A stretch of DNA of 64,000 bases. Source: Xylographa opegraphella. Lineage: Eukaryota. The position numbers and the translations under genes are program-made. How positions within the stretch are numbered: the first letter of the stretch is position 1; every line of letters starts with the position of its first letter. Shown here in pieces: positions 37,174-51,696 of this stretch. The stretch spans positions 620,001 through 684,000 of the forward strand of contig JALDZX010000003.1 in assembly GCA_022813865.1 (NCBI GenBank). Direction: 5' to 3'. A model generated the notes under the pieces. The model worked only from the letters and a program-made list of their open reading frames with translations. It was not told where the DNA came from and ran no database searches.

Positions 37174-39576
37174 TTAACTGATTGCTTTCGCAGCCCCAAT
37201 AAAATTCTGAATCTTCTCGTGACTTTGTGAGCATTCATGCTCGACACCGCTGCTTACATCCACAGCTACCACCTGCCCTTTGACACCTCGAAGCTCTTCC
37301 AGCATGTCAACTACATTACCTGAGTGCAATCCTCCTGCCAGGACGACCCGCAGACCTGTATCTTGCTCCAATAGCTTCCGCACCGGTTCCATGTCCAGCG
37401 ATTTCCCCGTTCCCCCAACAGCTGAGTCGAGTAGGGGCAGAGAATGGTAGCCTCTAGTGCCAACTTCAGGATCGGTGGTCGCAAAGCGGCGAATCACGGG
37501 CACTGGAATGAGCGCAGCCCACTCTACTGGTTCCGAGCCATGAAGTTGTACAGCGTCTAGGCTCAGAAGTCGCTGCTGAGCTAGTATATAGTCTAATGAT
37601 TGGTTTTGAAAAACACCAACAATCAAAGCCCGGCGAGGATGTCGGAAATATCCAGCAGTATGCACGAAATGTTCGACGGCCTTGGACACGCCACTGTGGA
37701 GGGTTCCCAAGTCTTGGAACTTTTGTGGTCGAATTGTTTGGTGCACAACTTCTGAAATAGCCGAAGCAACCTCGGGCTTCACATAACGAGATCGACCTTC
37801 CACTAATACAATACCAACCATATCAGCTCCCGCCTCGATGGCGACCCGAGCAGCCTCAGGCGTTCGGGTTCCGCATATCTTCACAAGCATTCCGGATCGT
37901 ACGTTGGTGTCACTACGCTCAGTCGATGAGCCTAGCAGATTTGAGACGAATATATTGACGTTCGAGGATCGCATCAGCGCCTCTCCCACCAACACGCCCC
38001 TTACCCCATGGCTTTTGTAAGCTCGTACATCCTCCGGTCCGGAAATCCCGCTCAAAGCACAGACGATAGTAGAGGAAGAGACCTTATCCATAAGCCTGCT
38101 TGTGGTACCTAGGTCCACTTCGAAGCTGGTAAGATTTCGATTATTGACGCCAATTACCTTCGCGCCGAGCTTGACAGCGATTTCCATTTCCTCGATATTA
38201 TTTACTTCCACGAGTGGTTCCATTCCCAACGTTTGTGAGTATGCGTAAAGTCGCTCCAGCGTAGAGCTATCAAGCATCTTCACAATAAGTAGTATTGTGT
38301 CTGCTCCAGCCAACCTAGCCTCAAGTATCTGATACTCATCGAAAATGAATTCCTTCCTTAGGACAGCAGGACGATACTTCAAGCCTTCCAGACTCTGGCG
38401 CACTGCTCGAAGATCATCAATGCTGCCTTTGAACCACTCCGGCTCAGTAAGAACGGATATCACGCTCGCTCCAGCCATGGCATATTTCCTTGCCTGTGCC
38501 GGGGCACATGTGTGCATTGCTATCGGGCCTTTGGAAGGAGAAGCACGTTTGATTTCGGCCATCAGTGAAAGCGAATGTGGAGAAGATCTCAATCTGTCCG
38601 GGAACGATACCTGCGGGGGAGAAAGGCCTAAATTATAGAGCTCTTGGAGATCCGAAAATCTCTGAGAAGGAATCTTTTTTTGAGCCTCTACAGCTTGTCG
38701 ACGACGACGATAAATTTTAACAAGAATTGACTCCTTTCCTCCCACTCCGTTCACTTTGGTATCTGCTTTACCTTCTTCACTCGAAACTCCGCTAGTTTTG
38801 TCGTGTAGCCTGGTGGACATCTGACTTTGTACAGCGGCATTTTCTGCCCAAGTCCCACCGTGCATGTGAAGAAAGTTCTTCAACATGGATCTACCTTCTG
38901 CTGTCAAAATACTCTCCGGATGGAACTGAACTCCCTCGACTAGAAATGTCTTGTGACGAACGCCCATAATGATGCCCTTGTCGCCGTCAGGGCCACTTGC
39001 TATCCAAGACGAAAGTTCAAGGCAGTCCGGAAGTGTTGCATGAGTACCAGCTAAAGAATGATATCGTGTTACTGGGAGATCCTGAGGCAGTCCTTCATAG
39101 ACCCCTTTATCATCGTGGCGGAGTGGAGAGGTCTTGCCATGCAAAACCTCTCCAGTCACATCGACTCGGCCCCCAAATACCTTGAAAATACATTGTCTAA
39201 TCGGCTATCAGTCCAGAAGCAATGAGACCTTTCCAAATCGTACGGAGGCTGCTCACTCTCCCATACACACTCCAAGAACTGGGATCTTCCCGCTGAAGTG
39301 GGCAATTGCTTCACAACTAATGCCCGCGTCACTGTCTGGATGGCCAGGTCCAGGACTGACAACTAGCTGGGTCGGTCTGTGCTCTATCAGCTGCTCCAGC
39401 GAGATCTCATCGTTGCGGTAGACCGTCACTGTCGCACCCTCCAGAACCAAATATTGATAGACATTCCAGGTGAAGGAATCATAGTTATCGATCAATACTA
39501 GGTTCGATGCATTTGGTAACTTCGCTGAAGGAGAAGGTTGATACGGCGAATGATCAATCAGACCCGCGCTTGTCAT
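37174..39576 (-). CDS. trpC: Trifunctional tryptophan biosynthesis protein (anthranilate synthase II / IGP synthase / PRA isomerase)
   Basis: [71 protein letters not shown]; one intron ~39207-39256. Confidence 0.97.
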
Positions 39577-39701
39577 CGTCAGTCTTTCTTGATGAAAACA
39601 AAACGCACTTTACAAGCCAGTTCAACGTACGAAAAGCCAAAGAAAAATAAATTCGATGTCCGGCACTCGGTTCGCCAAGAGTTCGCCCGCCACTATCACG
39701 G

Positions 39702-39709
39702 TTAGTCAT
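39702..39709 (-). promoter_or_regulatory. Possible Gcn4/CpcA-like site ATGACTAA upstream of trpC
   Basis: One mismatch to the ATGACTCA core, about 130 bp upstream of an amino-acid biosynthetic gene; could be chance. Confidence 0.25.
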
Positions 39710-40438
39710 CATGCGGCTCTCGCCGTGGCAAACGCCAGCCCTACGAAGGTGCAACAGATCGTCAGCCCAGATTCGAGACTCCTTCCTCAAAAGCCAAGGA
39801 TGGATGACGGGCATCCGTTGACGATAGAACTTCGGCTGCGGAAAGGGGGTGCGCGATACCAAACGAAGGAACACGGTATCACTGCACCATTATTACTGGT
39901 GGCCACAGGACTGTGTTGTCTGATCTTGGAGTTATTTCCGTGTCCCACCTTCCCAGCTCCGCAGACTAGTGCCCGGGCAATCGAATCAGATAAGGTAGGC
40001 CGACATAACATAAAGGGATCCCCGTCACGACGGAACATCTCGAGGAGTGCGGCTACGGACGGGGCATCAACTCGAAGTCTACGTTATTAACTTAGAGATG
40101 TCCATGCCCTCCTTTCCGATATGCCAATAGTAGCAGCCACGTGTGCGGCGAATCGCTGTGTTAGGCAGGTCACGACCGTGACCACTGCATACTGCAGATC
40201 CCTGTGCTGCAGTGATTGACGACCATGGACACCAGCCATTTCCTCCGATAGGACGAATCCCTTGTTCCTGCTTGCAAGTTCTCCATCTCCACTGCCTTAA
40301 CTTGCCTGTGATGTCAAGTACCTGCAGCCGGCTCGTCACAATTACTGGGTGTGATGATTTTTTTCCGATGGACCACAAAATCCAAGCTACCCCCAGTTGT
40401 TTTGTGGAAAGCATCTTCATTCTGATTTCTTCTGCATC

Positions 40439-42018
40439 ATGCCTTCACTACGTTCGGTTGTCGTCGCGGCCTTGTGCTCTACCCAATTGGCTCTGATCTA
40501 TTTCAGCAGTAGTGTTTCTGCAACACCACCGACTTGTCTGAATCCTGTACTGAGCTGTCACAATACCACAGCTCAAAACACATGTTGTTTCAACTTTCCA
40601 GGCGGCCAAGTTTTGCAGACCCAAGTAAGTGCCGTCGTAGCAGGCACAGAAGGCATAGATTACCTTCTCGTTTGGCTAATCTGGTGCCAGTTTTGGGACA
40701 CCAATTCCGCGACGGGTCCCGCAGATTCTTGGACGATCCATGGTTTATGGCGAGTATTTCTAATGCTATTGGCCCGAATGCTATTCCTAACGGATATGTC
40801 AGGCCCGACAACTGTGATGGCACTTACCCTCAATACTGTGATGAAAGCCGTCAGTATACGAATATTACGCAGATCCTTCTGTCGTATGGGAGAACAAGCC
40901 TGCTCCAATATATGGATACGTACTGGAAAGATGAGGGTGGAAATGACGAAAGTTTCTGGGAGCACGAATGGGGTAAACATGGTACTTGCTATAGTACTCT
41001 AGAGCCCAGCTGCTACGTCGACTATACACCTCAGGAGGAGGTGGTGGACTTCTTCCAAAGGACGGTAGATCTCTTCATGGAATTAGACACTTATAAGGTA
41101 TGTTCATCTCGCACGGGTTTGCTGCAACGCTAAGTGTCTTCAACAGTTCCTCGCAGATGCAGGCATTGTTCCGTCGGCGACGAGGAACTACACATCGGCA
41201 GAAGTGCTCGCCGCCCTCAACAAGCCACGCGGGGTGAATGCTTCCATTGAGTGTTATCATGGTCAGCTAGATGAGGTATATTACTTCTATGATGTCGCTG
41301 GAACTATTGCCGAAGGAAAGTTTGTGCCTCAAAATCCTGGTATGGTTGACCCTCTGCTGCTTTGTGTTTTGGTCTTGCTTTTCGATCTAACTACTGTGAA
41401 GTGGGCGAGACCTCCGATTGTCCCGCTAGTCTACAGTATCTTCCCAAGAACATCTCCTCCACTCCGATTGCGAATGATACGGTTCCTCCACCACCATTTG
41501 TTAGCAAAGGGTATGTTCTTGTGGAGGCCGAGCACGCTGGGAGGGAAGTCGGCTGCCTCAACGAAGCGGGTGCCTTCGTTTCCTCTACTGTCAATGCATC
41601 GTGTGCTGTCTTTATTGGAAAGCCTTTAGGTGCGCAAATGTTCCGCCCCTTTGAAGTGTATAGCTAACCACGGCGGTGTAGGGAATGCTGTTACTCTTGC
41701 TACTTTGAAAGGTTCCTGCTCCGTTGACAATTCTAAGCTCAAATGCGGATCAAGTGTCACAAAGCCAACCCTTTTCCACGTATGTTCTCACTATCATATG
41801 TTGCCCACCCGCCCTCAATTCGTGTCAGCATATTCTGACAGGCTCGGTCCATCTAGGACGTCACGGGAAACCTGGCATATAACAACGAAACTAAATTCTA
41901 TACGACCAATCTTCCTACTAATAAGTCCGATCAGTCCATTGTATACACGAGTAAGCACCAAAACACACTCGGTATCACTTGGGAAGCGCTCAGCGGGCCA
42001 GGGTTCACGGCAAGGTAA
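40439..42018 (+). CDS. Secreted ribonuclease T2 with C-terminal extension domain, multi-exon
   Basis: Signal peptide; CAS I WTIHGLW|PDNCDG; CAS II FWEHEWGKHGTC; ends ..LGITWEALSGPGFTAR*. Confidence 0.93.
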
Positions 42019-42431
42019 AATAAACTCATTACATGGTGAAATAATTGCATATATGACAGATTGTATTATAATATTTATAACAATCGTACATATCTCTCAA
42101 CCTGTAAGAATGTACAGTATATTGCGTGGTCGAGGTGAAAGAATTCATCAATTACCACATAGTATGATAGTTCCGGTACTTCGAGATTAGAAAAGGTTTT
42201 GTGTGCAACCATCCACAATAAATATCACAACTCTTGTCATCGTTAGGACGCTTGCTCGTATGAAATGTTTAGGCCCGTTCTGAGATTTACTTGGACAGTT
42301 ACATCCTAGATTCCCAACCTAGCCTAGACTGCAAACGCGACTTTTAAACCGCGTGGAGGAAACCAATGATCTTTATTGTATAAATTCAGCTACCAGCAGA
42401 GAGCTGTGGTCCCCCATCGCCGCATGCCACT

Positions 42432-45400
42432 ATGGCGGCCATGGGAGACAATAACTACCTGCCTTCACTCGATCGTTGTCTGAATGGCGATGTTCAGTTG
42501 TTGTAGGAGATGCATGTTTGGTTTTTTTGGGCTCAAGTGGCTAACTTTCAACAGGTCGTGGGAGACAGTTTATAAAGGGCTCTCACGACTGCCTACAGGT
42601 TACGGCGAACAGGCTTTAAAATCCTTTTTTGAGGATCAGCGCACGATCGATCTGCTCACTAAAGTCTTATCGCCATCCTCGGCCCCTACGGCTAATACAA
42701 GAGCGTACTTTGATACTCAGACTTCCGCAATTCACATTACTCCAGATCCCAGCGGACGGTATGATATCAATGAGATCAAGGAGGATAGCTTGTGGCTCAG
42801 TAAGGAGGTCGCTATTGAGGAAATCGCTGCGCTTCGAATCTGCATTTTGGAGTATCAGGCAAGACCGGCAACCTGGTTGCTCCAGGGTTTCCCAGACTGG
42901 GATGGGTTAGGAATGGAAGTACTGGCTAAGAACAAGAGTGCCGATTCGTTTCTGCGAAGTTCGAATCACAACGCGGGAGCCAGTCTGGCGCGGCCATCCG
43001 AAGATGCATCCAACACTGTCCGGACACGTCGGCTGAGGCTTTTAGAGGTCTATCTATCTGAGCGGCAATACCTTTCTATTTGTGCAGATTTTGTCACATT
43101 CCGAGCTATTTATCCTGGCCCGTTTCAAGACAGCAGGGATGCTGATTCTTGGGGTATTCCTTTGTCCCCTAACGAGTCTTCCTGGTTGCGCAACGCAGGA
43201 GTAGAGATTACCACCAAATGGAAACTGAGCCAGGTTGCTTCAGAGCGCGGGAAACATTGGGTCATTGATGCGATCGCTGCATTAGAGCTGAGAATTCGGA
43301 ACATAGGAGACACTAGCGGGTGGCTTCAAGAGGAAGACACAGCCATTGATGTGGAACCTGCCTGGTGTCAAATTCAGCTTACAGACATTTTACATATACT
43401 TTACATGATACTGAACCTCACTTTGTCGGAGTCGACACTCACGAGGAGCGATGTCTTTCAAACTTGGTTCCGATTTATGGCCGACCATGGTTTCTTCGAG
43501 CAATTCGAACTGGTAAGCGGGTGCTTATCAAGGGCGAACTACAATGGTATAGCTAATAAGAATCCTTAGCCGTTTACTCAGCTGCATGCTCTCTATTCCT
43601 TTCCGATTCAATGTCTTTTCTCAATCGTGTCGCTCGCTATGCTCAAGCTTCCATTGGCACTCGTGACTGTGCAGGATATGTCCACATCAGCACCGGCCGA
43701 CGATTCAGCCGGAAATGCGCCATATCTTCTTAACAAAGCTGTCATTGAATCTGCCAATGATATTCTACTTACTGCCGCGGGAGCTCTGTCATTCAATGCG
43801 AGTCTAGCGGTTTTCGGTTGGGGAATACTTATGCAAACCATACGAGGCCACGCTGAGGAATCGAAGGAGTCTCGCGAATTAAGACTGTCACAGCATGCAG
43901 TTGACTCATTTGATGCTTCTCAACGCTCTGATATCGACAGCAATGAAGACTCATCTGGACAGAGACGACCTTCCCCTCATCGCCGGTCGTCAACTGGTAG
44001 TGATACCTCGCAGCAAATAACGTATTTTGAGGGTGTACTGGAAATCATCAACAAACCATCTGTGGACGAGGACCCGATTACCTTCTTAGCCAGAGTGTCA
44101 GTTGACCAGCTTCATGTATTTGATATGATATCAAGCTTATCGGTCAATTTCTGCACAACTTTCGGCTCGGAGAACTTCGGTGCACCAGGTCTGAAAATAC
44201 GCTTGCTACTTTTAGAATTGATCCGAGCTTCGCTAGAATGGCTTGATTATCAACCTGATGTTGTTCAAGCCACACTGGCCACGCTTCAAGGCTCCGATAA
44301 TTACTGGAATAACCTCGCCTGTACACCCGCTTTCAATGACGGCGCACCTACTTCTGTGTTCCAGGAAGACCAATTCCTTATGCAGCAGATATTTGAGGTT
44401 GCACGTTCGCGTTATCCTTATGAAAGTTTACCTTTTCTCAAGATCTGTCGAACATTAGCCTCGTGCCGCTCGTCACCGGATCGTCTTGTTGGCAGTGAGC
44501 CTCTACAGGCAAGACTGAGCAGAATGGAGACATTTACGTGTCTACTCCCGGAAGAGTCAGTAAGCTATAGATTACATGGAGACGCAGACTCTATATACTT
44601 AGAACTCATAAGTCAATTGAGTATGTTTGAGGAGCAGCCTACGAAGCGACTGAAATACACGCATTCGAGTCGAAATATCCAGACGAACACAAGTTGGTCG
44701 ACTTCCAGTTCCTTTGTACTTGATGAAGGTACGACAGGTCGAACTCTGACAGAGGGACGACCTCATGTTGTGCTATGGCGCCACGAGTATTCTGCCCTTC
44801 GCTATATTGGTAGAATACTCCAACGAGCTGTTCAAGACGACGCACTACGAGACTTCCAAGGCGCGGAGAGTAAAGGAGATATCGTTATAGAGATAGTTGG
44901 CCTTATCACTGTGATGCTCGCTTCAGTTTCTTACGGTCAAATCCATGATTGGCGGCAAGATTATGCGGAAGAGATGGCTGGTTCTTTGCTTGATGAGACG
45001 AGTGATTTAATAGGAAGCCAAGCTGACATTGTGTCATTGGTTTTTTCAATATTCGAAGCTGAATTATATCGCATTCGGTCGGCTTCGAATGGTACAGAAT
45101 CAATCCAGTTATTGCTGCACTGCATACAATTTACTCACGCCCTCCTTGCTCTACTACCGGGTCATGTGTGGACTTTCCTATCCAGGAGTGGATTGCTTGG
45201 ATTGGACGGTTCTGACAGCCGGCTAGCAGCTGTCGTTGCCAAGTGCGAGATCACTTCCGGGAATTATGAGTTCCTGATAGGATGCATTCGGTTATATGAG
45301 GCACTCGTAGAAGATGCTTTAAATAACATCGTTTCAAGGAAAGAACACCAGAACGCACCCACCCGCTACACTAGTACAGAGCAAGATAGGCTAGGGACAG

Positions 45401-48249
45401 GTATCACCGAGGTGACGATGAAAAGGATTATCCATGGATTTGAACGTCTGATGATCGACGTACTTGATAGTTGTCGAAATTGGAGATTTGAGTTTCCTGA
45501 ACAGCGGATGGAGATCAATACCAGAATATGCTCACTATTCGACAAGACGCTAACTTTTTGTTTCAGTATTGATGACAACTTGGATATTTCACAAAAATTG
45601 ACCAGTTGCCTCGCACCTTCAGCCGATTATCTCCTTAATGTTTTCTTGTCCAAGAACGCTAATGATCAACCGTTCAAGCCGCTATTGAACATTCTTCTCG
45701 AAGCTCTGTCAAACTCAAACAACATAATGGTCGCAAATCGATTCTATCGGGAACAAGCCCTGCAGACTGAAGCTGCAGTCCGTTTCATTACTACCTTGAT
45801 ACGAGTTAATCGGTACCTCGATACGCCTTCTTCAATGATTGAAGGGCAGATTCTCAAAGCCACACCTGTGCTTGCAAGACTTTATGCTGCCGATACTGGT
45901 ATCAAACTGCCCATTATTGAGCTTCTTGAGGCGTTGCTTAAACCCGCTGGTAGCTCTTCAGAACAGAAGTATTCTCTGCTCGGACAACTAGGTCGAGGGG
46001 CTGCAAAGTGTTTTCTCGACATGCTATCGGTTCTTGACCAACCTCTCGACAATACCAAGCTTTCGATGTATATTTGGAGACTAATGTCTGTCATCGTTGG
46101 TCATGGTCAACAATGGTTGGCTATATATCTTCTCACAGGAAGTACGCCACGGGATAGCCTCAAATATAGGGAACAGGCGAGGGCGTCCAGTATACGCCAT
46201 GTTCGACCGATGCTCAGAATAGCCATCGAGCGTTTCGCTGATTTGAACTCAATTCTTCCAGAAGAGGCTATCAGCATCCTCGATTTCCTGACTCAAGCTG
46301 CAGATTTCTGGCCCTTGGTGGTGGATGAAATACTCCAAGACAGCAACCTCATAGAAGTTTTCACGAAATTTCTGAGCAGTCTTCGCCCATTACTCGCTAG
46401 CGGTGATCAGAATGCACACGAAGAATATCCCAACAAACTGCAAATGGCGTCACAGATCCTCAGTATATGTGCCATGGGTGTTCATCGTAGCATTGAGACT
46501 GGAGAACCAACTTTTGCAAATAAGCTCCGAACCAGTCTTGGTTATCTCGTGGATTATGGAGTCGCAGTGCCTGCCTACAACGTTTCACTGCATAGTAATT
46601 TACGCAGAAATTTTGAGTCCAAATTTGCCAGCTGTAAATTGATGAATTTCAAGCGCACAACTCTAAGTCAATCGCCGATCGGCAAAGATTTTTACTATGA
46701 CATCGCAATGGCAGGGAAAGTGTTAGCATACGATGTGGCTTGGGCTGGACGAGGTGATGGTGGCTTTCAAGAAGAGTTCGAGAGAGCAAATGTCAACCTG
46801 TCAATTGTCGAGGGTCAAGTGGTAGGAACCCTTGAGCCCAGTTTTGAGCTCCCTATATACTGAACTAACGTAACACAGAACTTACTCCACAGCTGGAAAA
46901 CCCTTGTGACTCAGCTGAGTACATCGCTGAATGACGACCCGCAATTCCGCGAGACTCTGGCAGATATCATACGTGATTGTCTACAATCTAATCAAGATAG
47001 CAACCTTCCTCAAGCCGTATTCGAAAGGCTATGCCAATCGCGTGCAGACTTGGCCTTTGTACTAATGCAACGAATAGTCGAGACCAGCCCAAAGAGTGCT
47101 GAAGCTTGGAGTATTCTTAAACCCACGTGGACCGCCCTCCGCTCCATCATTGTTGATTTGGGGTTCGAATCAACAGTTGGAGAAGCAACCTATAGCCGAA
47201 CTCTACTAAAGATACTTTATTTAGCTTTGCAGGCACATGTACTGAATCCAGAGACAGCATCATTCTCTGAGTCCTCCAGGGTCGCGGAGAGTCAGAGCAC
47301 CCTGGAGAATACGCAGATGGTACTTGAAATATTATCCGTCGTGGTGGCTAAGGGCTTTCGATCGCTCACGACGCTGTTACACGAAGATCCCACCAAGGTA
47401 TCACCATCTGATTACGTCCTTCTTAATGCTATACTTCGTTCAGGTCTCAGAGTAACAGGAATCGAAAGGCAGCCCGAACAGCTTATAACTCAGTTCAATG
47501 ACAATTACACGGCTCGTTATGCTTGTACCCTTCTGTCTTGGTCTGACCAGTTGACCATAGGCGATGATCCGGTATATGGTGAACTTAGTATGATTTTTCT
47601 ACTCGAGCTCTCAGCTATACCAGTACTAGCGGAAGCTCTAGCAGTTGGAGGAGTATTGAGTGGGATCTCTACTGCGACTCTCATGCAATACTTTTGCCGA
47701 CCAGGAGGAATTGGCCCTTTCAATGAACCAACCAGGATGTATGGTATATGGTTTAGGAACCTTTTACCGCTTGCGCTCAATCTGTTGGGAGCAGTCGGAG
47801 CGCCAATAGCGGCAGAGGTATCAGTCTTCATCAATCAGTTCCGCGGCCAACTATCACGCTCTTCTAACAGCTTTGATACCAAGCCTCCATCACCATCAGA
47901 CCCCATGGCTGGCTACATCACGCTGGGAATGGCCTTTGAGGCTCATTCGCTTGCATTAATCCGAGACATACTAGAGAAGTTTCGTGAGGCGGGGCCTAGC
48001 GCTGGAATAGTTGCAGCCAAAGTTGTGGAGCTATCCTGGGATCGATCTCAAGTGAAAGAAGATATCGAGAATTGGCTACAGCGAAGGAGAACGCTTCGCG
48101 AGTGTATACTTGCGACCAATGAAAAGGAGGAAATATGGTCACGGCAAAGGCCGCTGAGTGCGGTGGATGGTGCTGAAAATCGGCTGGAAGAAAAGGTGGT
48201 GGCTGAAATGAGTGCTGCTTTATCAATACTGGGCGATGCTGAATCCTAA
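42432..48249 (+). CDS. NUP188: Nucleoporin Nup188 (Nup184), about 1900 aa, 4 exons
   Basis: N-terminus YLPSLDRCLNGDVQLL|SWE; IKEDSLWLSKEVAIEEIAALRICILEYQARP; long alpha-helical ORFs joined by short introns. Confidence 0.88.
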
Positions 48250-48730
48250 GGTGGATTAGGATGGATCTATGGCGGCATCCAAATGGACATGAAGCAGGGC
48301 TTAAGATGAGTAACATGATACCCGGTTGACTTTGATGATACTATCGAAGAATATCGATGTTTTGACTTCTGACTGACATACACTGATCTGATCTGTCTTC
48401 ATGCATGCTTTTGACAACGGATTGAGTGGGGTAGGCTGGTCACGGAGCAGTATGCAGTGTTACATTCCCAGTCCTTCATAAACCGACGCTAGTGCCCTAG
48501 TTTGTAACTGATTTTTGAATTCACGGAGACATCTCGTGAGATATCCTGTTCGTACTCCATGCATTCACGGGCTTTCATTACTCGTGCCGAGATAGTACTG
48601 ACACTGCCGAGAAAGAACTGCTCAACCACTTGCAATGGTCATATTCCAGCGGAACCATGTTTTGATATAACAGACCTTTCAAAGTAAGCATTTGCCTGCC
48701 GAGTCGAAACAGCTCGTGGCCATAGCGAGT

Positions 48731-50551
48731 ATGGAGAACAACAACTCCAATAGTAATGTCCAACTCTCAACAGCCCAACCCAATCTTTCGATCGGCTCCC
48801 ATCAATCCACTGCTGACTCCATAGCATTCTTGCGTATACGAGCGTCGAAACGCGTCAAGCTAGAAAATTGGACAGTCGACGATCTTGCTGGCTCTCACAC
48901 TGCCAATCTATACTGCGATGTTTGCGACCTTGCGTTCACAGAATCCAGTGGTTTCATGCTACACATACAGAATTCTTCATGCCACGACGACCTCGCCCGG
49001 GACCCTGAGAAGCGGAAGATAGGCGCACAAGTTGAACAAGCTGAACAAGCTGAACAAGTCAACAACGTCGAACACCAGACGAAAACTAATTCTTGGTCAA
49101 AAATCCCAGCGCACAAACACCCACAATTGCTCGAAGCGCTGCAAGCACGCTGTCATTCCAGTTACGATCTGCAAAAGCGTAAATATGTGCTGCGCGAATA
49201 CACAGGGGAAGATTGTGCTGGCCTTGCCAAGTGCACCAATTGTCGTCGTATGTCGTAGGCGAAGTTCTTGTCATCAGGCTGACGTTAACATGATACAGGT
49301 TATCAGTGTGATTTGGAACGACGAGAGGACAGCAAGTGTACCTTTCACGCTGGAAAGCGTTCGGTCAAGGTACTTGTAGATTTCCCCGATTTCCTTTCCA
49401 GAGTTGATGGTTTGCAGAAACCCGGTGGTGGAGAGAGGTGGTATTCATGCTGTGGAAAACCAGGCGAGGGTTGCGAGACACGACAAGCACATACTTATGG
49501 TTCGCCAGACCCGAAATATCAAGAATATTCAACAACACCACCCAGGTCTCTCACTGAACCGAGACGTAAGGCCATTGCCCTAGACTGCGAAATGGCCACG
49601 GTTCGGACATCGACAGTGCCGTACAGAGCGAGCGAGCTTATTTTCCTCTGTGCAATAGATTATCTTACAGGGGAGACATTGATCAATACTCATGTGAGCC
49701 CTCAGAAGAAAGTTATCGATTGGTGTACCGAATATAGCGGAGTGACTGCACAAACGATGGCAGAAGCCAAAGTTCAAGGCCAGACTTTGAATGGATGGCA
49801 AGACGCACGTTTCGAGCTGTGGAAGTATATCGACGCGGACACTGTCTTGGTCGGACAGTCGCTGCAGAACGACTTGGAAGTCCTCAGGATGGTTCACACC
49901 AGGGTGGTGGACTCGGCGATTTTGACAAGATTAGCAGTGGGATGTTCTCGTGAGTGGGGTCTGAAGGTATTATGCGATGAACTCCTTGGTATGAAGATTC
50001 AGACATTGGGCAAGAAGGGTCACGTTTGCGCTGAGGATACGTTTGCAACAAGAGAAGTTGTATTACTGTGCTGCCAGTGCCCGGAGAGGTTGGAAGCTTG
50101 GGCCACTGTCAAGCGCAAGGAGCAAGAGGAGCAGCAAAGAATTCAGAAAGAGGCCTTGGATATAGCGAAGAGCGAGAAATCGAAGCTAAAAGAAGCACAG
50201 CAAAAGATGGAAGAAGAAGCTTTGGAAAAAACGATGATCGAGAAAGTAAGGATGAAAGAGCAGCAGTCAGGGATCCGAAACGAGAACTTGGACACAGTGA
50301 ACGGCAGCGTATCGGAGATTGAAGAGGAGGGTCTGCAGGACAAGGAAGACGAGAGACGGAAGGAGGTTCGGAGAGAAAAGGGTCGACGGAAGCGACGCAG
50401 ACGGCAAGAAAGAAAATCAGGAATCGCCTCGAAGTTGGTTATACCAGAGCGCTCTGTAAGCTCGAGTCTGCTAGGTAGCGACCACACTTCGAGAGACGAT
50501 TCTGATCACCCCTCATGGCGAAGCTCTATAGCAGTCTTTGAGTTTTGGTGA
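48731..50551 (+). CDS. DEDDh RNA exonuclease (Rex3-like) with N-terminal C2H2-like finger and charged C-terminal tail
   Basis: ALDCEM (ExoI), LVGQSLQNDL (ExoII), HVCAED (ExoIII); CDVC..H....CH finger; CTFH..WYSCC..GC..H motif. Confidence 0.85.
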
Positions 50552-50754
50552 TTCTATAGCCAAGACGAACTTCCTCGACGGACATCTGGCCGACGGTGAC
50601 CAAGCTCCCAAACAATCAGATACTGCCAACAAACTAGCCGCTTCCTTCCAACCGACCTTGGATAAGATCCGTCAGCTGATCAATGCTCAATCAAGTCGAA
50701 TTGCTTAGTGGTCTTTTCAGCCACTCTCATACCCGAACCAGATGGTTACAATAG

Positions 50755-51696
50755 CTAGACGAGATCCCTCCTAAGAAACACTGCTGTTAGTGGCCATGTT
50801 TTACCTAGTTGGTCCTTTTGTCGGAAACAGTCTCTCTCATGCTTGTAGACTTTGTAGCCACGTCTTTCATACCATTCTTGGACTTGTAACTGCAGGTCTC
50901 TCAGCTTGTGTCTTTCCAGGCTTTGTGAGAGCATATCAACCGACCTTTCGCGGCTCTTGCCCAAACGCAATCCACATTTCTGCATCACAATCATGCTCTT
51001 TGGCCAAAGTGTTGAGAGCAAGCGCTTTGGCAAGTAGCGGCGGTTCCTGAGCCATGGATTCGATCGTGTCCATAGCCGCTCTCCCGATGCCGTAGTTTTG
51101 CAATGCAGGTGAAATGAAAAGGGTGGCGATGCAGTACAGATGCTCTCGTTCATTTGCAAGCGAAGGGTCTGTATGTTCCGAGTCCAAGGAGATGTGACCA
51201 ACTGGTACGAAAGACAAAGACTTAGAAGGCACTCTTGGCATGCCCCGGAGTGAGACTGCAGTGTCAAAAAGGGGCTCGTGCTCTTCGGGCCACTGCGAAA
51301 TATGTTGAGCTATCTTGGCATCTTTGGTAGGGTCATCGTCTGAAATTACCTAGGATGCTATTCAGCTGAAGCAACTTGCATACACTCGGGTTGAGGAATG
51401 TATCCATTCGAGATGCAGCATCAAGAACCATAATAGGTACATGATGATGACTAGATGGCGTTTGCTACCGCGAAGAGTAAGTACAACGAAACAGAACTCA
51501 CGATCCAGTGAATAGCCTTCTTGCCCTCACGCTGCATCACCCTCCATTTCTCAATCATATCGGAGTTCCACCCGCAAGCAACACGCTGACTGAAGAGCCG
51601 TGCTACGTGTTCAGCATTTTCAGGATCCCATGGGATAAGCACAACTTTGGCGGTAACATTTCGCTTCTGAGCACATTGGACAGTGTCTTCGGTCAT
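50755..51696 (-). CDS. GNAT-family N-acetyltransferase, multi-exon
   Basis: LIPWDPE..QRVACGW, PVGHISLD, LFISPALQNYGIGRAAM (AcCoA motif A), EWYERRGY. Confidence 0.87.

Noticed and set aside
39156..39180. Apparent frameshift in trpC between the two ORF-track pieces
   Set aside because: Explained by an ordinary GT-AG intron; the spliced frame reads [18 protein letters not shown] without lesion
42334..42356. ACGCGA / CCGCGT MCB-like boxes upstream of NUP188
   Set aside because: Short degenerate motifs expected by chance
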